A stretch of 57,285 nt of DNA from a virus. Under the pieces are notes generated by a model. It did not search any database and was not told the origin of the DNA. It was given only the letters and a program-made list of their open reading frames with translations. Below are positions 1 to 6,926 of the stretch, piece after piece. The DNA lies in IMG/VR virus record IMGVR_UViG_3300046057_000055, positions 1-57,285 of that record; one strand, 5' to 3'. The stretch's first letter is position 1. Every line of letters starts with the position of its first letter. The translations under genes and the position numbers were made by a program.

Positions 1-55
1 TCGAGGAGATTCAGGCTGGTGTTGAGGCAATGCGTTCGGACGAATAACTACGTTC
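1..55. repeat. Terminal direct repeat, copy 1 (identical to 57231..57285)
   Basis: All 55 nt are identical at both window ends (tcgaggagattcagg...aactacgttc). This implies circular closure or terminal redundancy, with 57,230 bp of unique sequence. Confidence 0.95.
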
Positions 56-110
56 ACTTTCACTGCCCGGTTGGCTGACTGTTAATCAGTAGCCGGTCCT
101 CACCGAGGAT

Positions 111-482
111 GTGATCGAAGTACCCATCACAGTCCGAGAGATCAGCGAGACGTACGACCAGGACGGCCGTCTGAAGACTATCACGATCACGGCCGGCCGG
201 AAACACAAAGACGGGCACGCGGTCAGCTTCGGATTCGGCTACGAGGACTCGCTGCTACTCGATGCCGACGAGATCCACAAGCGCCACCACGACGTCCCAG
301 GCCACCTGCCGCTGAACGACGACGCGGTCGACGTCGCGACGAAGGTGCGTGAGTTTGCACGAGAGATTGCCGAGCAGCGCTGGGCGGGCGATGGCGCCGG
401 ACCGACGGCGTCGACGATCGAGATCAGTCGCCAGCTGGCGTCGAGCATTGAGATCGAGGACGACGAAGGGATCGTCCAATAG
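111..482 (+). CDS. Hypothetical acidic protein (123 aa, GTG start)
   Basis: ORF track. Acidic composition typical of haloarchaeal proteins. Followed by the hairpin at 508..526. Confidence 0.5.
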   Translation: MIEVPITVREISETYDQDGRLKTITITAGRKHKDGHAVSFGFGYEDSLLLDADEIHKRHHDVPGHLPLNDDAVDVATKVREFAREIAEQRWAGDGAGPTASTIEISRQLASSIEIEDDEGIVQ

Positions 483-507
483 CTGTCGGTGCGGCATCGC
501 GGAAAAC

Positions 508-526
508 GGTCTGGCGGATCCAGACC
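508..526 (+). terminator. Hairpin ggtctgg-cggat-ccagacc downstream of 111..482
   Basis: Perfect 7-bp stem with a 5-nt loop, read directly. Archaeal termination is not proven by a hairpin alone. Confidence 0.3.
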
Positions 527-585
527 CCTGCGTCTGACCAACTCGGCCTACGGGCTCCTGAAATAAATCGATATCGGAGTCTGAG

Positions 586-631
586 TCTTAACCAACACCG
601 GCGCCCCCTGCGGTAGATCTGTTGGTTAAGA
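586..631. promoter_or_regulatory. 12-bp inverted repeat tcttaaccaaca / tgttggttaaga, a candidate centromere or operator upstream of parA
   Basis: Perfect arms at 586..597 and 620..631 with a 22-nt spacer. A 10-bp direct repeat tgcgtctgac lies at 529..538 and 652..661. Confidence 0.45.
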
Positions 632-697
632 TCCGAGCGGATCGGATGGCTTGCGTCTGACGCGGATTTATCACCTATCAGTGAGAGCACTCCCGGT

Positions 698-758
698 AGT
701 GACAGGCAGGACAGCAATCCCATCATTACTGGGAGTGACGTCACTGCCGGCAATCCCA
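698..758. promoter_or_regulatory. parA-proximal operator-like repeat cluster
   Basis: Perfect 12-bp palindrome agtgacgtcact at 734..745. Half-site agtgac at 698..703. Direct repeat gcaatccca at 714..722 and 750..758. The cluster ends 4 nt before the parA ATG. Confidence 0.45.
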
Positions 759-761
759 ATC

Positions 762-1577
762 ATGACAGCAAAACGCGTTACGACGGCGATCTTCAAGGGC
801 GGTACCGGGAAGACAGCAACTGCGACGAACCTGACGGCCGCGCTCGCCGACCAGGGCGAGGCCGTCCTCGCGGTCGACCTCGACCACCGCGGCGGGCTAA
901 CGAAAGGCCTCGGCCTCGAGGACGCCTACGACGCCGACCACCACATCGGTCAATTCCTCCTCCAAGATGAAGCCGTCGACGGGATGGATCCGACGTCGGT
1001 CATCCGCGACCGCGGGGCGTTCGACGTGATCCCGGCGAACCGCCGGATGGACGATCTCTCCGACGATCTCAACAACGACCGGGCGTGGTTCCTCCGGCTC
1101 GAAGAGTTCATCGAGGGCGTCGAGGACGGCTACGACTGGGTCGTGCTGGACTCGCCGCCGGAACTCAACCGCGTGAGCGACTCGGCGATCATCGCTGCGA
1201 AGAACGTCCTCGTGCCGATGGCGCCCGCCGGCGAGGCGCTCGACGGCTTCGGCGAGCTCATGGAGAACCAAGTCATCCCGATCCGGCAGGACCTCGACGA
1301 CGACGTCTCGATCGCCGGGATCTTCGTGAACATCGCGCGGGACAACAACGAGAAGGAATTCGTCGTCGACGAGCTGCGGCCGACGTTCGACGACGAGCTC
1401 ATCATGCGGACCGACGACGCCGGCGACGACGAAGTGCTGGAGCTGCGCTATCGGGTCGCGATCCCGCGCTCCTGGCGCCACGGCGAGACGCTGTTCGAGT
1501 TCGCTCCTGAGAACGCGATGTGCGACCGCTATCGCGAGCTCGCCGCAGCGCTCGACGAGCGGGTCGAGACGGAGTGA
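762..1577 (+). CDS. parA: ParA/Soj-family partition ATPase (271 aa)
   Basis: Deviant Walker A in FKGGTGKTATATNL and a Walker B-like VVLDSPPE. ATG 762 is preferred over the TTG-initiated N-terminal extension in the ORF track (651). Confidence 0.9.
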   Translation: MTAKRVTTAIFKGGTGKTATATNLTAALADQGEAVLAVDLDHRGGLTKGLGLEDAYDADHHIGQFLLQDEAVDGMDPTSVIRDRGAFDVIPANRRMDDLSDDLNNDRAWFLRLEEFIEGVEDGYDWVVLDSPPELNRVSDSAIIAAKNVLVPMAPAGEALDGFGELMENQVIPIRQDLDDDVSIAGIFVNIARDNNEKEFVVDELRPTFDDELIMRTDDAGDDEVLELRYRVAIPRSWRHGETLFEFAPENAMCDRYRELAAALDERVETE

Positions 1578-1582
1578 TCACG

Positions 1583-2095
1583 ATGACCGACGACGATCCC
1601 CGCGACCGGTTCAGCGGCCTCGACGAGCTGAAAGACGAGTACGAGGGCGCGGATCAGGACGGCACTGACGGCGAGGACGGTAGTGACAGCACCGAGAGTG
1701 CGGACGGGACAGACAGCACGGACAGTAATGACGGCAATGATGTCTCTGACGAGAACGATACCATGACCGACGCCGCCAGCGTAGCCAGTAATGACGGGAC
1801 TGACAGCACCGACAGTAATGAGAGTACGGACGGGACTGCCGGGACGGACGGCAATGACGGCGTGAAGGCCAGCCGCGAGAACGTCCAGGCGTACATCCCG
1901 GCCGACGAGAAGGAGCAACTGGAGGCGACGTTCCGACAAATCAAGGCGCTGTGCAACCTCGCTGATCGCGACGAGCCGCTGAAGAACGACTTCTACGCTG
2001 CCGCGTTCCGCCACGGCCACCAGGACGTCGAAGCGATCGCGTCGTACCTGGACCTCAGGGACGTCTACGACGAGTACGGCGAGATGGTCAGCTGA
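1583..2095 (+). CDS. Acidic D/T/S-repeat protein (170 aa), second gene of the partition operon and candidate ParA partner
   Basis: ATG lies 5 nt after the parA stop. Repeated DGTDSTDSN motifs. Conserved-looking C-terminal helical part (IPADEKEQLEATFRQIKAL). Confidence 0.65.
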   Translation: MTDDDPRDRFSGLDELKDEYEGADQDGTDGEDGSDSTESADGTDSTDSNDGNDVSDENDTMTDAASVASNDGTDSTDSNESTDGTAGTDGNDGVKASRENVQAYIPADEKEQLEATFRQIKALCNLADRDEPLKNDFYAAAFRHGHQDVEAIASYLDLRDVYDEYGEMVS

Positions 2096-2097
2096 CG

Positions 2098-2487
2098 ATG
2101 GCGGAGGACTACCGAAAAGTCTGTCTCGCGACGAAGGGGCGAGAATGCGAGATCTGCGGCGCGACGAAGAATATCGTGGTCCATCACGTCGACGGCGATC
2201 GCTCGAACAACCACATCGACAATCCGGTCCCGATGTGTAAACTCTGTCACAAAGCCGTCCACTGGGGCGATGAAGGATACGAACAATGGCACGAGCAGCT
2301 CGTCGGTAGCGCCGACGGCCAGGAGGACGATGTCGAGCGCGAGCAGCTGACCCAGCGGATGCCCGAGGACCTCGTCAAGGACGTCGACGAGATTGCCGAT
2401 CACTTGGGGATGAGTCGGAACGCGATGATCAACATGATGTGCCGCCGGAGCATCGGCGAGATGAAGGAAGAACTCGGGCTGGGATGA
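2098..2487 (+). CDS. HNH endonuclease fused to a C-terminal ribbon-helix-helix-like domain (129 aa)
   Basis: HNH motif CEICG...VHHVDGDRSNNHIDN...CKLCHKAVH. C-terminal CopG-like segment MPEDLVKDVDEIADHLGMSRNAMINMM. Confidence 0.8.
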   Translation: MAEDYRKVCLATKGRECEICGATKNIVVHHVDGDRSNNHIDNPVPMCKLCHKAVHWGDEGYEQWHEQLVGSADGQEDDVEREQLTQRMPEDLVKDVDEIADHLGMSRNAMINMMCRRSIGEMKEELGLG

Positions 2488-2495
2488 TCTTTGTC

Positions 2496-2544
2496 ATGGG
2501 TGTATTACTACCAAAGCTTTATTATTATGGGTGTATTACTACCA
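2496..2544 (+). repeat. Two 18-bp direct repeats atgggtgtattactacca flanking an AT-rich TATA-like spacer
   Basis: Copies at 2496..2513 and 2527..2544 (31-bp period). The spacer is ctttattatt. The pair sits 19 nt upstream of ATG 2563. Confidence 0.7.
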
Positions 2545-2562
2545 TGTAGAGGCAGACACCCT

Positions 2563-3534
2563 ATGTCCGAACTCACCGACGCCACGAACTTTGAGGTCGA
2601 GCGTGCAACGCACGAAAGCGAACTCAACATCAACGGCCCGAGCGAGATCGATGGGATGGAGGCCAACCGCTGGCAGAAGAAGGGCGACCGCCTGTACATC
2701 AACGGCCCCGCGAAGTGGGAAAAGAACGGCACCTACGTCGATCTGGAGGCGGAGCAACTCGTTGACCTCCCTGGCAGCCGAGATGTCACGGTCGAGATCG
2801 ACGACGAGACGCTTACCCTCACCGTCCACGACGAGGGCGGCATCGGCGCCGAGAAAACCAATACCATCATCCTGTCCTTCGAGACGCCCGAGGACGACGA
2901 CTCCGAAGACGACGAAGACGAACAGAAGATCGTCGCGGACGGCGGCGAGGACGTCACCGAGCACGTCGACGACGAGACGATCGAGAGCGCGATCGAGGAC
3001 CACGACGGCCCGCTCGACCACGACAAGACGGCGACGGTTGCGGAGGTCCGCGATGCGCTCGCGTGGATGCAACAGAGCACCGTCGAGTTCTGGAGCGAGT
3101 GGCTCTCAAACGTCGAAAACGGCGAGGTGGACGTTGTCTACGAGGGCGATGACTGCATTGTGTTTACGACCGGCGAGCAGAACGTCCCCCGGCGCGACCT
3201 GCGAGAGCACTACGACGGCGACCTCAACGATCGGACGTCGGACGTCGTCAGCGCGATCCACCACACGCTGGCGCGCGAGCGCTGCGACTACGACTGGGGC
3301 TACGAGTACCCGCTCGTCGTTCGCAAACCTGCCGACTTCGACGCCGGTCAGGAGTTCGCCGACGCGGTCGTCAACGGCCTCCAACGCCGCGGCCTCTCGC
3401 CTGGACAGGCGTGGGCGTACTACGGCGTCGAGATCCGCGGCGAGTCGCGGAAACGTTGGGGCGAGCGGAAGGGCGACTACGACCACAAGAGCGTTTCCGA
3501 CGCGCTAGAGAAAGCAACGGCGAAGCTCCCCTAA
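2563..3534 (+). CDS. Hypothetical acidic protein (323 aa) with an N-terminal RWQK-G-DRLY domain, paralogous to 56310..56657
   Basis: ATG 2563 chosen because the upstream ORF-track extension covers the repeat/promoter region. N-terminal ~100 aa align by eye with the 115-aa protein at 56310. Confidence 0.7.
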   Translation: MSELTDATNFEVERATHESELNINGPSEIDGMEANRWQKKGDRLYINGPAKWEKNGTYVDLEAEQLVDLPGSRDVTVEIDDETLTLTVHDEGGIGAEKTNTIILSFETPEDDDSEDDEDEQKIVADGGEDVTEHVDDETIESAIEDHDGPLDHDKTATVAEVRDALAWMQQSTVEFWSEWLSNVENGEVDVVYEGDDCIVFTTGEQNVPRRDLREHYDGDLNDRTSDVVSAIHHTLARERCDYDWGYEYPLVVRKPADFDAGQEFADAVVNGLQRRGLSPGQAWAYYGVEIRGESRKRWGERKGDYDHKSVSDALEKATAKLP

Positions 3535-3539
3535 CACAG

Positions 3540-4880
3540 ATGCCACATCGACTTCGCGACGCGGCGGCGAGTCTGTGCCCGGAGTGCGACAGCGAGTACG
3601 CGAGTCTCGCCCAGCACTGGTCGCGCGGGCAGTGCGACCCGCCCGCGATCGACGCTCAGACGCGGGCGCTGCTCGACGGACTGGTACTCGGCGACGCCAG
3701 TCTTGAGGGCGCCAAGACTGCCAAGCTCCGGCTCGAAACGACACACCGAGAGTTTGCGCTCTGGATCCACGACCAACTCGGGTGGCTCTCTCGCGGCGTC
3801 ATGCAGCACCCGCCCGGATCGGACGGTACGCATCCGGTGCATCGCGTTACGACGCTCGCCCATCCGGGCCTAAACGACTACCGCGAGTGGTGGTCCGACG
3901 ACGTCGTCGCCCCGCCGACATCGTGGGAACCGAACCAGCGTTCGATGCGAGTGTGGTACGCCTGCGACGGCGGGCTCTCATTCGGAGGGTTCCAGATCCA
4001 GTTCCGCGCCGTCGACGAGCGCCGCGCTTCGACGATCGCCCGCGTCCTTCGCGACGTTCCTGGCGACCTTACCCCGGCGGTCGGCGGGGGGCGCGTTACC
4101 CTCCGGGGCGTGGATGCTGTAGCGTTCCTCGACACGATCGGCGAGCCGCTGCCGGGCGTCGCGTACAAATGGGCCTGCCAACAGCCGGTCTATCGGTCGC
4201 TGAAGGCCAGCGCGGACGACGGTGATCCTGTGCTGACACACGATATGGCGCCGGCTGATCGATACGGCGCACTCCTTCAGGCGCTCGCGGATGCACTCGA
4301 TGTCGGGCGCGGTGATCTATCGCCTGTTCTGTTCCGCGATGCACTCGGCGGCCTCACGCCCAGGACTATCAGCGATACGCTCGGGGGCGGGGACTGGGAC
4401 GACGCGTTGCGGGTTGCCAGCGTCCCGGCCAAGGCCGACGATTCTCACACGGCCGATGATCCGCAGGGAGTGCCGCCGAACTACAGCAGGCAAGAGATCC
4501 TTGACGCTATCCGTACTGTCGACGAGCGGGTCGGCGACCAGTTACTCTCGAAGCGGACCTACGACGAGCACCGCGACGACAGTCATCCGGCCGGCGAGAC
4601 GATCACGAACCGGTTTCGCTGGACCGACATCAAAGCCGACGCCCGGGTCGACACACAACCGCGAACGGATGATCTAACTGAGGCGGCGGCGCTCGATGCG
4701 CTCCGCGAGGTCGCCGAGCGCGTCGACGAGACGCTGACGATGGATTGGTACGACGCCGCCCGCGACGACGCCCATCCGAACTCTCGGTCAATTGCTACAA
4801 AATTTGGCTGGAACGACAGCAAAGCGAAGGTCGGATTAGAAGTGGACAATCGCGGTTCGTGGGAGCGCGAGGACAGCTGA
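3540..4880 (+). CDS. LAGLIDADG-type homing endonuclease with an N-terminal zinc ribbon and two C-terminal endonuclease-associated repeats (446 aa)
   Basis: CPECDSEY...C zinc ribbon. LLDGLVLGDASLEG motif. Two ~50-aa repeats (ILDAIRTVDERVGDQLL...RFRW and ALDALREVAERVDETLT...KFGW). Confidence 0.75.
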   Translation: MPHRLRDAAASLCPECDSEYASLAQHWSRGQCDPPAIDAQTRALLDGLVLGDASLEGAKTAKLRLETTHREFALWIHDQLGWLSRGVMQHPPGSDGTHPVHRVTTLAHPGLNDYREWWSDDVVAPPTSWEPNQRSMRVWYACDGGLSFGGFQIQFRAVDERRASTIARVLRDVPGDLTPAVGGGRVTLRGVDAVAFLDTIGEPLPGVAYKWACQQPVYRSLKASADDGDPVLTHDMAPADRYGALLQALADALDVGRGDLSPVLFRDALGGLTPRTISDTLGGGDWDDALRVASVPAKADDSHTADDPQGVPPNYSRQEILDAIRTVDERVGDQLLSKRTYDEHRDDSHPAGETITNRFRWTDIKADARVDTQPRTDDLTEAAALDALREVAERVDETLTMDWYDAARDDAHPNSRSIATKFGWNDSKAKVGLEVDNRGSWEREDS

Positions 4881-4962
4881 ACCACATGCCGAATGCCAAT
4901 CCATATACCGAATAACGGTTTATAGAAGCGATTGCAGCGGAAACGGCGGGGTCGAACACCGA

Positions 4963-4986
4963 TTTCCGGGCCTCAAACCCGGGAAA
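4963..4986. terminator. Hairpin between convergent genes (ccggg-cctcaaa-cccgg flanked by ttt/aaa)
   Basis: 5-bp stem with a 7-nt loop, read directly. Lies between the 4880 (+) stop and the 5079 (-) stop. Confidence 0.35.
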
Positions 4987-5078
4987 CACGCCCAGGTTAA
5001 CCGTCCAGACGCCGTTCAACGTCTGCGAGCAGGCTGCTACGCCGATGTGGGCATAGTTGACAGGATTAAATCTGTTAT

Positions 5079-5405
5079 CTACTCAGATGGGCCCGAACGC
5101 CGGCGCCAGTACAGGAGGCTGACTCCAGCTGCCCCAACGATTCCAACCGGCGCACCGCCCCTCTCCCCGAGGACCGGCGCCACGGTCACGATCGCGTCGA
5201 CGCCGCGAGGGACCAGCTCCGGAACGTGGATCGCGAGGACTGCTGCAAGCGCATCCGCCAGCGTCGGCTCGATCGCCGCGACCACCGCCCAGACAACGGT
5301 ACGAATCGCCTCGAGGGCAGGCACACCAAGAACAGCCATCACGCCAAGTGCGACGGAAACTGCGAACAGCACATCCGCGATATTCTCCTGCTTCTGATAT
5401 TCCAT
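5079..5405 (-). CDS. Small multi-pass membrane protein (108 aa)
   Basis: MEYQKQENIADVLFAVSVALGVMAVLGV... has hydrophobic helices. ATG 5405 is preferred over the long ORF-track extension. Confidence 0.55.
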   Translation of the reverse strand: MEYQKQENIADVLFAVSVALGVMAVLGVPALEAIRTVVWAVVAAIEPTLADALAAVLAIHVPELVPRGVDAIVTVAPVLGERGGAPVGIVGAAGVSLLYWRRRSGPSE

Positions 5406-5544
5406 ATAGAAACCCGTAACCCGCCGATATTGTAAGGCTTTCCCCGCTCTACCACACGATTCCGTCACCCCGGGGGAGTTCTTTCTATTCTTCAAGAAAC
5501 GTGCGCGTACGAGGAATTCAGTTGATGGTAACAACACCAACACC

Positions 5545-5554
5545 CTTATTATGA
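5545..5554 (+). promoter_or_regulatory. TATA-like box cttattatga about 30 nt upstream of ATG 5579 (leaderless-type promoter)
   Basis: AT-rich element in GC-rich context at the spacing typical of haloarchaeal leaderless genes. Confidence 0.4.
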
Positions 5555-5578
5555 TGGCGTCTCTACCAACAAACAGGG

Positions 5579-5866
5579 ATGGCACCCACCGACGATGAAG
5601 TCGACGTCGAAGCCAACTATCGCCGCGTCGACGGCGACTACGTGATCCGCGTGAAAATCATGCGCGTTCCCGAATCGGAGAAATTCCCCGAGGGCGTCAA
5701 GTACCGGCTTCACTTCGGGACGATCGACGGCGAGACGCTCGTTCGCTACGACAACTCCCACGGCGTCCACGAACGGCACGAGGGCGACACGGTCGAACAC
5801 ATCGAGTTTCCCGGCGTCGAAGCACTCGTCGAGCGCTTCGAGGCAGATATCGACGATCGGCTGTAA
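5579..5866 (+). CDS. DUF6516/TumE-like putative toxin (95 aa)
   Basis: Motif KYRLHFGTIDGETLVRYDNSHGVHERH recalled from the haloarchaeal DUF6516 family. Paired with the downstream wHTH gene. Confidence 0.6.
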   Translation: MAPTDDEVDVEANYRRVDGDYVIRVKIMRVPESEKFPEGVKYRLHFGTIDGETLVRYDNSHGVHERHEGDTVEHIEFPGVEALVERFEADIDDRL

Positions 5867-5899
5867 GCGGGTGCCAACCAAACCGAGGTGCCACACCAC

Positions 5900-6295
5900 A
5901 TGAGCGACACTCTCCACATCCAGATCGAGACGACCGACGAGTTCTTCGAGCAGGTCAAGGAGGACGCCGCAGCGATCGACGACGGTGCCGACGTCGACGT
6001 CGACGTCCTGAGCGTCCCCGACCTCGCAACGCTGAGCCGCGTCCTGAGCAAGACGAACCTCGAACTGATCCAAACGGTGGCCGAGTACGAACCAGACAGT
6101 ATGCGCGAGACCGCCCGGCTCGTCGAGCGCGACATCAAGAACGTCAGTGAGGATCTGAACTTCCTCGCCGAGATCGGCGTCGTCGAGATCGAGACGGACG
6201 GACGGGCGAAGCGCCCGGTTGTCCCCTACGATGATCTGGAAGTCGACATTCCTGTTCGCGAGAGCGGCGAGAACAACAGCTCTCTGGTCGCATAG
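5900..6295 (+). CDS. HVO_A0114-family wHTH DNA-binding protein, putative antitoxin or regulator (131 aa)
   Basis: TNLELIQTVAEYEPDSMRETARLVERDIKNVSEDLNFLAEIGVVEIETDGRAKRPVVPYD matches the family pattern from memory. ATG 5900 is preferred over GTG 5888. Confidence 0.6.
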   Translation: MSDTLHIQIETTDEFFEQVKEDAAAIDDGADVDVDVLSVPDLATLSRVLSKTNLELIQTVAEYEPDSMRETARLVERDIKNVSEDLNFLAEIGVVEIETDGRAKRPVVPYDDLEVDIPVRESGENNSSLVA

Positions 6296-6396
6296 TTGCG
6301 ACCAAGATACTTGCCATACCCATGCTAGAAATTTATGTTCCTGTAACAACTTGTTCGAATGTCTCCCACGAAACATAACAGGAGACGTGATCAAAT

Positions 6397-6849
6397 ATGG
6401 CACTGCCAGCAATTGCAGGCGCAGCAGCGGTTGCAGCGATCGGTTGGAAAGTTCTCTCAGGCCCGAAGGGACACGACGGCCTCGTAAAGAAGACGCACAA
6501 GCAGCTCCAGCAGTCGGCTGGAGAATCGACGAGCGTCTACGTCGACCACCACCACTACTCAGACAGCGCTGCGGGGAACACTCGAGGGCTTGATCTCGGG
6601 ATCAACTCGATCCCAGATCACGTCGTTCAGAGCCCTCCCGGGTCGCCGAATCTCATCGTGGAGGTCGAGACCAGCGACAGTCTGGACAGCGACGCAGAGG
6701 AACAACTCGAAGAGTTCCGACTCCAGGGCTACAAACGAGTCCTAGTCGTCCCGTCGTCAGCAGCTGATGATGCAGAGGCGTTCGTCGGCGATCTCGATGG
6801 GCAGATCTCCGTCACGACCCCCTCAGACGTCGTGGAGTTAGTTTCCTGA
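6397..6849 (+). CDS. N-terminally membrane-anchored protein of unknown function (150 aa)
   Basis: N-terminal transmembrane segment ALPAIAGAAAVAAIGW. C-terminal alpha/beta-like segment NLIVEVETSD...YKRVLVVP. A nuclease-like fold is only a guess. Confidence 0.55.
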   Translation: MALPAIAGAAAVAAIGWKVLSGPKGHDGLVKKTHKQLQQSAGESTSVYVDHHHYSDSAAGNTRGLDLGINSIPDHVVQSPPGSPNLIVEVETSDSLDSDAEEQLEEFRLQGYKRVLVVPSSAADDAEAFVGDLDGQISVTTPSDVVELVS

Positions 6850-6862
6850 CCGTCAGTTAAAC

Positions 6863-6883
6863 CCCGGTGCGACACCGGGTTTT
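6863..6883 (+). terminator. Hairpin cccggtg-cga-caccggg followed by tttt
   Basis: 7-bp stem followed by a T-run, 14 nt after the stop at 6849. Confidence 0.5.
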
Positions 6884-6901
6884 AGAGTAGAATTGCTTTT
6901 C

Positions 6902-6910
6902 AAAATATAA
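6902..6910 (+). promoter_or_regulatory. TATA-like box aaaatataa about 20 nt upstream of ATG 6927
   Basis: AT-rich element directly upstream of the lipoprotein gene. Confidence 0.4.
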
Positions 6911-6926
6911 CCTGTTAGTTGCAAGC

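Noticed and set aside
651-761. N-terminal extensions offered by the ORF track for many genes, including parA at 651, and 1520, 2491, 3411, 7516, 20003, 22460, 35794, 37638, 40747, 50400 and 52868.
   Set aside because: The extensions are R-rich or hydrophobic nonsense, and they overlap upstream genes, promoters or the tRNA-like gene. Internal ATG or GTG codons with SD-like sequences and stop/start coupling give compact acidic proteins.
1650-1870. Repeated gacgggac-gacagcac-gacagtaatga units as a non-coding tandem repeat.
   Set aside because: The units are in frame within 1583..2095 and encode the DGTDSTDSN acidic repeats. This is coding low-complexity sequence.
4935-5010. A possible tRNA or att-site fragment on the minus strand, with a 7-bp acceptor-like pairing aacggcg/cgccgtt, an anticodon-like stem-loop ccggg-tttgagg-cccgg and a ggtgttcgacc T-loop-like string.
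   Set aside because: No D-arm or T-stem can be formed. The element sits between convergent genes, so I interpret only the hairpin (4963..4986) as a terminator-like structure.
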